Source: Bacteroidota bacterium
GTDB taxonomy: Bacteria > Bacteroidota > Bacteroidia > Bacteroidales > UBA12481
DNA length: 61,595 nucleotides
Assembly (NCBI GenBank): GCA_034658635.1
Contig: JAYEFL010000330.1
Location: 1-61,595 of the forward strand
Reading direction: 5' to 3'
The notes under the pieces were generated by a model, which worked only from the letters and a program-made list of their open reading frames with translations, made no database searches and was not told the origin of the DNA. Within the stretch, counting starts at the first letter, position 1. Every line of letters starts with the position of its first letter. The position numbers and the translations under genes are program-made. Of the stretch, positions 33,146 through 42,300 are shown piece after piece.

Positions 33146-33834
33146 TAACCAATATGTATTGAAAGAATTACCATGCGCGAGAGCATCTGGTCAATTGCAC
33201 GACCAAATAAGTCATATTCTGCTTCAGCAGGTGGTGGATTAAACACGTTACGCATCCCGATAGAAAATTTGAGCTCAGTGGACATTTTCACATTGGCCAG
33301 ATAGAAATCAATACCAACACCAATCTCAGGAAAAATATCAAAGGTTTTCACCAACCTCTGAGCAGGTTGCCAATCTTCAATCTCACCCCCAGTAAGATCA
33401 AATCTTGGATTAATACCAGCGATCAGATATGGTGCATAATTGTTAACCCTTTTGGAGCGGTATTTCAACAGAATGGGAAAATCGATGAATACGCTCTCAA
33501 TTTTTGCATCCCACTCCTCCAGAGAAGTACTGTCAATAATATAAAGATCTCTTTGACCAAACTGTATACCTGGAAGAATTCTCAAATCTAAATATTTATC
33601 AAGGCGAATATTAGTAACCAGGTTAATATTGATTCCAGGATGCTGTTTTACAATCAACATCATACCTTCATTTGGTATTGTGGTAAAACTCATCCAGTTA
33701 ATCCCAACAGAATAACCCAAATGTGCTTCCATGAAATCAAAGGTGGTAAGATTCATCGGCTTTGACTTTTGCCCAAAAACTCCAAGCCCATATATCAATA
33801 ACAAAACTGCAAAAAATATCTTTTTCATCAACAC
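33145..33834 (-). CDS. Small outer-membrane beta-barrel protein, PorT/SprT-like (T9SS-associated family)
   Basis: 229 aa with a signal peptide and alternating beta-strand pattern. The position immediately downstream of ubiE matches my recollection of porT context in Bacteroidota. Not verified. Confidence 0.45.
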   Translation of the reverse strand: MLMKKIFFAVLLLIYGLGVFGQKSKPMNLTTFDFMEAHLGYSVGINWMSFTTIPNEGMMLIVKQHPGININLVTNIRLDKYLDLRILPGIQFGQRDLYIIDSTSLEEWDAKIESVFIDFPILLKYRSKRVNNYAPYLIAGINPRFDLTGGEIEDWQPAQRLVKTFDIFPEIGVGIDFYLANVKMSTELKFSIGMRNVFNPPPAEAEYDLFGRAIDQMLSRMVILSIHIG

Positions 33835-33894
33835 TTCTTTTGTTTATTACAATAACTAGAATTAGCAGGTAAAAGTATTAAGAAATAGGGATTT

Positions 33895-34617
33895 CTAAAT
33901 AAGCTCTCCGATATACAAACCAGCAATTCCAAAACTCAAGGATTTAAAAGAAGTTTTTTTGAACCCGGCATCTTTTAACATCCGAATAAAAGATTCTCCC
34001 TGAGGGAATTTTTGAACTGAGTCTGGAAGGTATTGATAAGCAGAAAAATCCTTTGAAATTATTTTCCCAAGCAATGGTAGTATTCTGCGGAAATAAAACT
34101 GATATAACTGTTTAAACGGAAAATAACGAGGCATCATAAACTCAAGAACCACCAGTCGCCCACCAGGCTTCAGAACCCTGCACATCTCAGCCAGGCCTTT
34201 CATTGGATCTTCAAAATTACGAACTCCAAAAGCGACAGTAATTGCATCAAACTCACCACCCTCAAAAGGAAGATTCTCTGAATCAGCAGTTTGGAGTTTG
34301 ATCACATCCTGCAAGCCTCTGGCTATAATTTTTTCCTGACCAACCCCGATCATCCCCTCCGAGATATCCACTCCAATGACCAAATCAGGATGAAGCTTCA
34401 AGGCTGCAATGGCCAAATCGCCTGTTCCGGTTGCAATATCAAGAATCCTTTTAGGCTCGATCGATTTGAGACTCCGGATAGCTTTTCTTCTCCATACTTT
34501 ATCAATATTAAGAGATAATGCATGATTCAAAAAATCATACGTTGGTGCAATATTGTCAAACATCTGCTTGACTTCCTGCTTTTTGGATCCACCTGTACCA
34601 TACGGCTTTACAGTCAT
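33895..34617 (-). CDS. ubiE: Demethylmenaquinone/ubiquinone C-methyltransferase
   Basis: QMFDNIAPTYDFLNHALS and SAM motif ILDIATGTGDLA. 240 aa. Confidence 0.9.
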   Translation of the reverse strand: MTVKPYGTGGSKKQEVKQMFDNIAPTYDFLNHALSLNIDKVWRRKAIRSLKSIEPKRILDIATGTGDLAIAALKLHPDLVIGVDISEGMIGVGQEKIIARGLQDVIKLQTADSENLPFEGGEFDAITVAFGVRNFEDPMKGLAEMCRVLKPGGRLVVLEFMMPRYFPFKQLYQFYFRRILPLLGKIISKDFSAYQYLPDSVQKFPQGESFIRMLKDAGFKKTSFKSLSFGIAGLYIGELI

Positions 34618-34626
34618 CTTTCCTGT

Positions 34627-35388
34627 CTATTTTCTTCTGATTAGTGTGGCATTGGCCTGCGCACTTGGCATAATCAGAATATCATCAATGTTTACATGCG
34701 GAGGCCTTGACAGGGCAAAAAGAATCGTCTCAGCAATATCCTCTGGATGCAAAGGCTCGAATCCTTCGTATACTTTCCTGGCTCTTTGCTTGTCTCCTTT
34801 AAATCTCACCAAAGCAAACTCTGTTTCAACTGCTCCCGGATGCACTGCAGTCACCTTGATCCCATACTGAAGCAAATCTTGTCTCATTCCCTTACTTAAA
34901 GCATCCACAGCGTGTTTTGTAGCACAATATACTGATGCATTTGGATACACCTCTTTCCCGGCAATAGATCCAATATTAATTATATGACCCTCACCACGAT
35001 CAACCATGCCTGGAGAAACCAGCCTTGTCATATACAACAGTCCCTTGATATTGGTATCAATCATTTGATCCCAATCATCCAAATTAGCATCATTCACCTT
35101 GCTCAAGCCAGCCGCCAATCCGGCATTATTTATCAGAACATCTATCTTGTTCCATTCAGCTGGCAATGAATCAATGGCTTTCTTTACTTCATCACGTGAT
35201 CTTACATCGAAACTCAAAGCCAGACAATCAATCCCATATTCTTTCGATAATTCTTTTGCGAAATTGGTCAGGGACAATTCTCTACGACCGGTAAGTATTA
35301 GCCGATATCCTTCTTTTGCCAGGCATCTCGCTGCAGCCTGACCAATTCCAGCAGTTGCTCCAGTAATACAAATAGTTTTAGATAACAT
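34627..35388 (-). CDS. Short-chain dehydrogenase/reductase (SDR)
   Basis: ITGATAGIG cofactor motif, NNAG, and the catalytic YCATKHA (YxxxK). Confidence 0.85.
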   Translation of the reverse strand: MLSKTICITGATAGIGQAAARCLAKEGYRLILTGRRELSLTNFAKELSKEYGIDCLALSFDVRSRDEVKKAIDSLPAEWNKIDVLINNAGLAAGLSKVNDANLDDWDQMIDTNIKGLLYMTRLVSPGMVDRGEGHIINIGSIAGKEVYPNASVYCATKHAVDALSKGMRQDLLQYGIKVTAVHPGAVETEFALVRFKGDKQRARKVYEGFEPLHPEDIAETILFALSRPPHVNIDDILIMPSAQANATLIRRK

Positions 35389-35408
35389 AATGCAATTTTT
35401 GTGCAAAT

Positions 35409-37112
35409 TTAGAAAATGCTTTGAATACCGAGATGTATTAATCCGTTTTGCAAATCAAACCCTTGTCCGTAATATTGACCCAAAGCATAATCTAAACGAA
35501 GTATTCCAGCTTTTGTTTGTATACTAAGGCCTACTCCAGGAGAATATGGCATAAGTAAAGTGTCAGGGATATCTTTTAAGCCATTATTTTCAATTATTCC
35601 ATAATCAAAGAAAAGGTGAATATTTGACAGACCAGCAAGCAACAAACGAATTTCTGCAGTAGCAACAGCATAACTACTGGTCAGAAGGCTCTCTTCCTGA
35701 AAACCTCTCATCAGAGTGTATCCTCCTATCCTGAATTGTTCATTAGAGGCCAATCGACCAGACCGAAGACCTCCGTTCAGTGCCAGTAAGAAGGTCCAAT
35801 TCTGACGGAAAGGTAAGAACAGGGAAGCTTCAGTTTCCATTTCCCAATAATTTGTCTGTTCATACTCCCCACCAGTTGTAGTCCTGGACTTCCGGCCATA
35901 AGCCACCTCCTGCTTTAATAACCAGCCAGATCCTGGATTCAGAGGATTATCCCTATTATCCAGATGCAGTACCATTTTTGACAAGTTTAAGTCAAATTCA
36001 GGATATGAGTTGCTTAAGTCATTGGCTAAGCCACTCGAAGATCGATTCTCATACAAAACATCCAACCACCTGCCTGGTTGGATGCTAATTCTAAGTCCTC
36101 CAGAAACTCCAAGATTAAGGAAACTGGTATCCTTCTTGTAAAGATCCATCTTCCCAGATATCCCTATGGGCAAACCAAATATATAAGGAAAAGCAATCTG
36201 AGAATTCAACTTTTGCGTAGCTGCTCCTGGTGCCTTCCATTGGATTGTCAGTGATTCTGCCTGCCTAATAATATTGTTCAGGATAAGATTAAACTCGCCT
36301 GCAATGGAGGGGAATGCTGATCCTTGTGCTGGAAGTATCCCAATTAGTCCGTCAATCCGATTAGTTTTTCTCATCTCCGGACTGAGATAAACCCATGCTT
36401 TATCCTTGAAGAAACCCACCTCTAATGGTCTCTGCATATTGATAAAGCCACTATTCTGAAGACGTTTTTGTGCATCAACAATAAGCTGTTCTGAATACCA
36501 ATCACCAATTCTAAGCCCACTGATTCTCTGAAGAATCCTTTCAGAAACAGGAAGCTCTGAACGAATAATTAAACTATCTAGAACGACCCGGTTACGTGGA
36601 TCAACTAACATCTTTGCCTCAACCTTGTTTTCATTTATCTTAATAGAATCCAGTCTGACAGACACAAATGGATATCCCTGGTTTTCGTATTCGCGAATCA
36701 GGTACTCTCTAAGCGCGTGGTATTGTTTCAAGGAAAATTCGGAGAATTCATCTGGTATGAGTTTGTCTGGAATCTCATACTCAATTTCATGTTCAGTAAC
36801 TGGCAAATTTAGATTCAACCATCGAAACTGACGACCAAGAGTGAGGTATACATTGGTAAAAGCTCCCGCCTGAACAATTGAATCAGTAGTACTTTCAAGA
36901 TATCCCAGATCATACAAGTGACTAAAAAATAAAGCCAGCTGATGATCTGTTGAACCCTCAGCCTTTAATACATAATGCTTGTTCTTCCCATAATTAAAAT
37001 CTGCCGGCAAAGGTTGATTGCAAATAATCTGAACAGTGTTCAAAGATGATTGTGGGAAAACCTGATTCCCAATCAAGATCAGAATTACAATAAAAGATAT
37101 TCTCTGTTTCAA
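35409..37112 (-). CDS. Omp85/D15-type outer membrane beta-barrel protein (second copy in the window)
   Basis: 567 aa with a signal peptide (TTG start) and POTRA-like N-terminal half. The C-terminal barrel ends ...LIHLGIQSIF. Confidence 0.55.
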   Translation of the reverse strand: MKQRISFIVILILIGNQVFPQSSLNTVQIICNQPLPADFNYGKNKHYVLKAEGSTDHQLALFFSHLYDLGYLESTTDSIVQAGAFTNVYLTLGRQFRWLNLNLPVTEHEIEYEIPDKLIPDEFSEFSLKQYHALREYLIREYENQGYPFVSVRLDSIKINENKVEAKMLVDPRNRVVLDSLIIRSELPVSERILQRISGLRIGDWYSEQLIVDAQKRLQNSGFINMQRPLEVGFFKDKAWVYLSPEMRKTNRIDGLIGILPAQGSAFPSIAGEFNLILNNIIRQAESLTIQWKAPGAATQKLNSQIAFPYIFGLPIGISGKMDLYKKDTSFLNLGVSGGLRISIQPGRWLDVLYENRSSSGLANDLSNSYPEFDLNLSKMVLHLDNRDNPLNPGSGWLLKQEVAYGRKSRTTTGGEYEQTNYWEMETEASLFLPFRQNWTFLLALNGGLRSGRLASNEQFRIGGYTLMRGFQEESLLTSSYAVATAEIRLLLAGLSNIHLFFDYGIIENNGLKDIPDTLLMPYSPGVGLSIQTKAGILRLDYALGQYYGQGFDLQNGLIHLGIQSIF

Positions 37113-37122
37113 TCAGCTGAAA

Positions 37123-37872
37123 TTATTCTGTATTGTTCATGAATGCCTGCTTTCGTATAATCTCAAGGAATTTTCCTGAAAAAGTCTGGTTATCCTTTTT
37201 TGTATAGCGCTTATCCGTAAAGACCTGAGCCAATGTATCCTTGCTATTTTCTACTAAAAGCTGCCTGGTTTCTTCCAGTTCTTCCAATCCCTTATAAATC
37301 CGGTCAATATCTTCAGATGAATAATCCTGATAAGTCTCCTGATGTACTATCCCTTCAAGTGGCAATCTGGATGTTAGTCCTGGATTTTCATCCGGGTAGC
37401 CTATGGTCAGAGCAGCTACAGGAACAACCAGTTCAGGAAGCTTCAGAATATCAATAAACCGATCAGCCATCCAGGTTACTGTGCCCAGGTAACAAATACC
37501 CAGGCCCATATCCTCAGCAGCCAGGGCTGCATTCTGGGCAGCCAATAAAGCGTCTATAGCACCGGTAAAAAAAGACAGGAAATTATCATATCCAGGATCA
37601 GCATTTCGCTGCTTACACCACTTTGTAAAACGATTAAAATCAGCACAAAAAGTCAGATGAACAGGAGCCTCCAGCACCATTCCCTGCTTGAAATGGGATT
37701 CCCATAACCTCTCTTTAATCACCTCGTCACGTGTCACAATAATGCTATAGACCTGCATATTGCCGGTGGTTGAGGCTCTTGAAGCTGCCTTAAGAATTGC
37801 TGTCAGTTTTTCTTCCTCAATATCCCTTTGGGAATATTTACGTATAGATCTGTGATTCAATATAGTATCCAT
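37123..37872 (-). CDS. Nitroreductase-family NAD(P)H oxidoreductase (NfsA-like)
   Basis: N-terminal ILNHRSIRKY motif and about 250 aa. The ATG at 37872 is preferred over the GTG at 37899. Confidence 0.8.
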   Translation of the reverse strand: MDTILNHRSIRKYSQRDIEEEKLTAILKAASRASTTGNMQVYSIIVTRDEVIKERLWESHFKQGMVLEAPVHLTFCADFNRFTKWCKQRNADPGYDNFLSFFTGAIDALLAAQNAALAAEDMGLGICYLGTVTWMADRFIDILKLPELVVPVAALTIGYPDENPGLTSRLPLEGIVHQETYQDYSSEDIDRIYKGLEELEETRQLLVENSKDTLAQVFTDKRYTKKDNQTFSGKFLEIIRKQAFMNNTE

Positions 37873-37941
37873 AACTATTATAATATTTTCATACGGCACA
37901 AGTATACAAATATTGCCCGTGCTGAAAAATAAACTTTATCA

Positions 37942-37980
37942 TTTTTTCCATTCCGCCCTCCCAGATTCATCTATATAATA
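37942..37980 (+). promoter_or_regulatory. Conserved ~40-nt intergenic motif, copy A (TTTTTTCCATT..CCCTCCC..CATCTATAT.AATA)
   Basis: Shares three blocks in the same order and overall spacing with 41895-41935. Lies in the divergent nitroreductase / LTD-protein promoter region. Confidence 0.6.
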
Positions 37981-38012
37981 AACAAAACATGTCTAATTAA
38001 ACATTTTATCCA

Positions 38013-38861
38013 ATGAAAAAACATTTCCTCATCAGCATGCTGGTAGCAGTGGCTACCATTCTTCAAATTCCTGTCAGTGGTCAAAATACGCCAAAACCAG
38101 GAGACCTTATTATTACAGAATTCATGGTTAACCCCTCTGCAGTATCAGATACAAAAGGGGAATGGATAGAAATTCTCAATACCAGTGATTCTGATTTAGT
38201 TTTGAATGGTTTAATAATCTCTGATGCAGGTAGTAATAAACATACACTATCGTCAGATGAGGATATTGTTATTTCTGCTGGAGAATACTTCCTGATGGCC
38301 AGAAATATGGAACCTGATGAGAATGGAGGTCTTACCCCTGATTATGTGTACAGCAATTTTACACTGGGTAATACAGAGGATGAGATTATTCTTAGCCTTG
38401 AGGATGACACCATCTTGGATGAGATTGCCTACAATTCAGACTGGCCCTTGTATTCCGGAGCTTCACTGGAACTTAACCCCGGAATCCTGAATCATGAGTC
38501 TAATGACACCAGCGAACAATGGCATCCGGCGGTAGATGTTTATGGAGACGGGGATCTGGGGACACCCGGATTAAGCAATTCTGTAAGTAGTGGAATCTTT
38601 AAGCATGAAGAAATTGAGTTTTTTGAAACCTTCCCAAATCCCACAAATGGTGAATTGTTTATTCGGTTAAGTACCAGCTCTGATGATATTGTGCAAATAA
38701 ACATTCTGAATGTACTAGGACAAACGATTCCTGTTTTGCAGGAGTTTAGTATGCAGTCGGTGATGATCCCACTGGATCTTTCCGGGATGGGAAACGGGAT
38801 TTATTGGATTGAAGTAATAGCAGGCAAGAAAAAATATGTGCAAAAAATCATCAAACAATAA
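38013..38861 (+). CDS. Secreted lamin-tail-domain (LTD) protein with a T9SS C-terminal sorting domain
   Basis: Signal peptide and LTD-like ITEFMVNP...GEWIEILN. C-terminal ~80 aa has FPNPTNGELFI...GIYWIEV...KIIKQ, typical of the Por/T9SS CTD. Confidence 0.7.
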   Translation: MKKHFLISMLVAVATILQIPVSGQNTPKPGDLIITEFMVNPSAVSDTKGEWIEILNTSDSDLVLNGLIISDAGSNKHTLSSDEDIVISAGEYFLMARNMEPDENGGLTPDYVYSNFTLGNTEDEIILSLEDDTILDEIAYNSDWPLYSGASLELNPGILNHESNDTSEQWHPAVDVYGDGDLGTPGLSNSVSSGIFKHEEIEFFETFPNPTNGELFIRLSTSSDDIVQINILNVLGQTIPVLQEFSMQSVMIPLDLSGMGNGIYWIEVIAGKKKYVQKIIKQ

Positions 38862-38866
38862 TCCCA

Positions 38867-39376
38867 TCAGGAATGGTCATCCACCCCGTAGATCATTTTC
38901 ATAGAATGTAGAACAGTTGGTAAGATTTCTGTGCAGTATTCACGAACAGCTTTAACGCTACCAGGCAATGCATAAATAAGCATCTGCCCTCTCACTCCTG
39001 CGATACTTCTGGAAATTAAAGCATTAGGCTTCTGCATTCCATATTTTACCCGGATCATTTCCATGATTCCGGGTATTTCTTTATCCAGTAACTCGCGTAT
39101 AACATCCGGAGTAAAGTCCTTAGGTCCGATGCCTGTACCTCCAGTTGTAAATAAGACGTGAATACTTTTGTCACTACTATCCTGCACAAGCATACTCAAT
39201 TGAACAGGATCATCGGGAATCAGGAGGTTTCTTATCTCGATATCAAGCTGTTTTTCACTAAAATAATCAGTACAAAGTCGACTTATTTCCGGGCCACTCA
39301 AATCTTCATACTCACCCTTACTGGCTCTGTCAGAAAGTGTAATGACTCCAATTTTCAAAATATCCGGCAAGCTCAT
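38867..39376 (-). CDS. mog: Molybdopterin adenylyltransferase MogA/MoaB family
   Basis: 169 aa. IGVITLSDRAS... and TTGGTGIGPKDFTPD are MoCF_biosynth-domain motifs. Confidence 0.8.
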   Translation of the reverse strand: MSLPDILKIGVITLSDRASKGEYEDLSGPEISRLCTDYFSEKQLDIEIRNLLIPDDPVQLSMLVQDSSDKSIHVLFTTGGTGIGPKDFTPDVIRELLDKEIPGIMEMIRVKYGMQKPNALISRSIAGVRGQMLIYALPGSVKAVREYCTEILPTVLHSMKMIYGVDDHS

Positions 39377-39822
39377 TTTTTTTCTTTACTTAGAAGAATA
39401 ATCTCTGCAAGCTGCATCCCCTTATCCACAGCTTTGCACATATCATAAACTGTCAGCAGGGCTACACTTACCGCAGTAAGGGCTTCCATCTCCACTCCTG
39501 TTTGTCCGATGCATTTTACTTCACTAATGATTTGTACACCATTTTCCTCCAGACTTGCCTCCACCCTGACTTTAGTCAATCGCAAAGTATGGCACAAGGG
39601 TATAAGATCAGCAGTTCTTTTTGCAGCTTGTACTCCGGCAATTTCAGCTACAGTCAGAACATCTCCTTTCTTCATATTATTATCTCTCACCAGGCTGACT
39701 GTTTCAGCATTCAAGCTGATAAAACCACTGGCTTTAGCAACCCTGGTCTGCTCAGGTTTGTGCCCTACATCAACCATACGGGCTCTGCCCTGATCATCGG
39801 TATGACTAAGTTTTTCTGACAT
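39373..39822 (-). CDS. moaC: Cyclic pyranopterin monophosphate synthase MoaC
   Basis: 149 aa with MVDVGHK, LIPLCH and EMEALTAVSVALLTVYDM MoaC blocks. Has a 4-nt overlap with mog. Confidence 0.9.
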   Translation of the reverse strand: MSEKLSHTDDQGRARMVDVGHKPEQTRVAKASGFISLNAETVSLVRDNNMKKGDVLTVAEIAGVQAAKRTADLIPLCHTLRLTKVRVEASLEENGVQIISEVKCIGQTGVEMEALTAVSVALLTVYDMCKAVDKGMQLAEIILLSKEKK

Positions 39823-39869
39823 ATCAAGAGATTAGTAGTACAAAGGTATTAAAATGTTAATGGGATAAT

Positions 39870-40670
39870 CTATCCACCAATCCCATAGAAGCTACCCTCA
39901 GGATTCAGTCCGCCTTGTTTAGGCTTTTTCTGTAATGCCTCCAGAATCGCTTTTTTCGGACCAAGTTCTCTGACCGAATAGCCACGGGTGCTGAACAGGC
40001 ATGGTTTTATCAGTCCATTGCTGGTTAATCTGAGACGGTTACAGCTGGAACAGTTTCCGCCTTCACCTCCTTCTACTGGCTGAAAATATCCCTTCTCGAG
40101 ATCCATCATGTGAATAAATCTCACCTCATAAGCATTTTTACCGGCAAAATCTCTAACCATACGTGCATCCGGTTCATCTGATGAACTGGTAATAACACAG
40201 TTTAGTTTAATGGGATTCAGTCCTGCTTTTTCTGCAGCTTTCAATCCGGCAAAAACCTCATTTATATCTCCTCCACGTGTAATCTCAGCGTACTTATCAG
40301 GATCCAAGGTATCCAGACTGACATTAACGCGGTGAAGTCCGGCATCTTTCAGATCCCGGGCATATTTTGTCAGGTACGTTGCATTGCTTGTCATGGCAAG
40401 GTCTTTGATCCCATTAATCCCTGAAATCATTGACACTAAATTCACGATACCCTTACGAACCAATGGTTCCCCTCCAGTTATCCTGACTTTATCTACTCCG
40501 AGATCAACAGCCACCCGAACCACTTCTACAATTTCATCAAAACTGAGAATATCTGTATGTGAAAGCGGAACTACTCCTTCTGCAGGCATGCAGTAAACGC
40601 AGCGGAGATTACATCTGTCAGTAACAGATATTCTGAGGTAATTAATTCTTCTGTTATATCTGTCGAACAT
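39870..40670 (-). CDS. moaA: GTP 3',8-cyclase MoaA (radical SAM), compact 266-aa form
   Basis: YLRISVTDRCNLRCVYC radical-SAM cluster, C-terminal auxiliary cluster CSSCNRLRLTSNGLIKPC, and a terminal IGG. Confidence 0.88.
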   Translation of the reverse strand: MFDRYNRRINYLRISVTDRCNLRCVYCMPAEGVVPLSHTDILSFDEIVEVVRVAVDLGVDKVRITGGEPLVRKGIVNLVSMISGINGIKDLAMTSNATYLTKYARDLKDAGLHRVNVSLDTLDPDKYAEITRGGDINEVFAGLKAAEKAGLNPIKLNCVITSSSDEPDARMVRDFAGKNAYEVRFIHMMDLEKGYFQPVEGGEGGNCSSCNRLRLTSNGLIKPCLFSTRGYSVRELGPKKAILEALQKKPKQGGLNPEGSFYGIGG

Positions 40671-41829
40671 TCACTAATTCTCCTTCATCAATTTGGGACT
40701 GACCAACTCTAAAATAAATAAAACCCTGGGCCTGGTTTAAAGCAAAGATGTGAGCTGAGCCGTGATAATCAAGTGGAATCACCCTCCCCTCCTCAGATAG
40801 TTTAACCGGTATCCATGACATCCGTTCGGTCTTTTTACGAATGAACTTCTTCCCAGCAGGCAGTTTCCATACTTGAGGCTTCCAATCATGCCCCATGCAT
40901 TTGAAAAGAAAAGGCTTAACCAGAATCTCAAATTGCACAAAAGCAGAAACAGGATTACCCGGGAGAGCAAATATGTATCTTTCTTTCCCAACTGCAAATG
41001 TAGTTGGTTTGCCGGGTTGAACAGCAATCCTCTGATATTTCAATTCCATGCCCAATCTTGTCAAAACAGAGGGTACAAAGTCAAACTCACCCATCGACAC
41101 TCCTCCCGACAGTATTAATAAATCTGTCGACTTCAAGGCTTTTGACAATTGTTCATAGGTTTTCTCCTCATCGTCAGGAGCTATCCCAAAATATACAGGA
41201 TCAAGTCCCAGCTTAATGAGCTGAATCATCATTTGAGAGGCATTGGAATTCCGTATTTGTGAAACTCCCGGTTTTTGGTCAGGCTCAACTAATTCCGTAC
41301 CTGTAGCGATAACCCCAACCCTAATTTGTTTGTATACAGGAACACTCACTACGCCGATAGTTGCCAGCAGAGGGATATGCCTTTCACTCAAAAGAGCTCC
41401 CTTTTCAAGGATAAGGTCTCCCTTATTAACATCTTCTCCGAGATAACATATATTGTTATGTGTTTTTTCTCCTGTGAATATCACTTTATTAGATTCCTTT
41501 AACTCTGTCTGCTCCACCATGATTACAGTATCAGCTCCTTTTGGTACAATTGCACCCGTCATTATCTGGGAACACTGCCCTTTTCCAACTTCTTGTTCAG
41601 GCTTCACTCCAGCAGGTATAGTTTCAATAATCCTTAGCTCAAGATGCAAATCAGCCTTCCTGCAAGCATAGCCATCCATAGCACTTTTGTCAAATGGCGG
41701 CATTGAAATATCTGTAAATAAGTCTTCTGACAATACTCTATCAACTGACTGTAAATAAGGCACTTTTTCTACACTTTGCAGATTTGCAGCATTCAAGGTA
41801 ATAGAAAGAGCTTCCTCAAATAGTATCAT
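40654..41829 (-). CDS. moeA: Molybdopterin molybdenumtransferase MoeA
   Basis: PPFDKSAMDGYA and ILSGGVSMGEFD motifs. The ATG at 41829 is preferred over the TTG at 41850. Has a 17-nt overlap with moaA. Confidence 0.85.
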   Translation of the reverse strand: MILFEEALSITLNAANLQSVEKVPYLQSVDRVLSEDLFTDISMPPFDKSAMDGYACRKADLHLELRIIETIPAGVKPEQEVGKGQCSQIMTGAIVPKGADTVIMVEQTELKESNKVIFTGEKTHNNICYLGEDVNKGDLILEKGALLSERHIPLLATIGVVSVPVYKQIRVGVIATGTELVEPDQKPGVSQIRNSNASQMMIQLIKLGLDPVYFGIAPDDEEKTYEQLSKALKSTDLLILSGGVSMGEFDFVPSVLTRLGMELKYQRIAVQPGKPTTFAVGKERYIFALPGNPVSAFVQFEILVKPFLFKCMGHDWKPQVWKLPAGKKFIRKKTERMSWIPVKLSEEGRVIPLDYHGSAHIFALNQAQGFIYFRVGQSQIDEGELVNVRQI

Positions 41830-41894
41830 ATCTAAAAAATTTGAATGCAAAGGTAGAGTTTTATTTGTGAAGATTTTTTCAAAAAACCTTCATG

Positions 41895-41935
41895 TTTTTT
41901 TCCATTTCCCTCCCTCTTTTGCATCTATATTAATA
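41895..41935 (+). promoter_or_regulatory. Conserved ~40-nt intergenic motif, copy B (TTTTTTTCCATT..CCCTCCC..CATCTATAT.AATA)
   Basis: Same three blocks as 37942-37980. Lies in the divergent moeA / Cys-rich small protein promoter region and is followed by the 10-bp palindrome GACTGCAGTC. Confidence 0.6.
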
Positions 41936-41981
41936 GACTGCAGTCAAAAACAATTAATTAACAATTTAAAAATTAGAAAAC

Positions 41982-42290
41982 ATGAAAATTAAACGCAAGT
42001 ATTTACTCTATTGCCTGGCATTTATGGTATTTTCATCATCCGGGTTAACAAAAATTTCAGCTTTTTCAGGTGGATCTATTGATTCAGACGAGAAAGACGC
42101 GAAGATCATGGTAGGTTACGTACCTACTACCTACAAAAAGGCTTCAGGTACTCGTGTTGAACACATTTACTTTGCCGGAAACCATTTTACCCGAACCGTG
42201 TGTGACTACGAAACCTTCCGATGTTGCAAGTCAACCGGGAATGAGATGGATGGATGTTCAGCACCTGTAAAATGTCCTGATAGTTTGTAA
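41982..42290 (+). CDS. Secreted Cys-rich small protein (paralog 1), unknown function
   Basis: 102 aa. Signal peptide MKIKRKYLLYCLAFMVFSSSGLTKISA, then a SGGS stretch. The C-terminal motif CC-x9-C-x5-C is shared with the 44084-44410 product. Confidence 0.55.
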   Translation: MKIKRKYLLYCLAFMVFSSSGLTKISAFSGGSIDSDEKDAKIMVGYVPTTYKKASGTRVEHIYFAGNHFTRTVCDYETFRCCKSTGNEMDGCSAPVKCPDSL

Positions 42291-42300
42291 TCTCGCTAAT

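Noticed and set aside
37906-37923. 16/18-nt match TAcAAATATTGCCCGTgC, also present at 58603-58620 (13 identical contiguous nt)
   Set aside because: Dozens of 13-mer coincidences are expected in 2 x 61 kb of AT-rich DNA. The two copies have different orientation and distance relative to their nearest genes. It is borderline and not convincing alone.
41830-41981. Possible Moco riboswitch in the moeA leader
   Set aside because: I read the minus strand of the spacer and could not recognise the conserved Moco-motif helices or loops. A TAnnTTTG box only 19 nt from the ATG leaves too short a leader. An Rfam scan is still needed to be certain.
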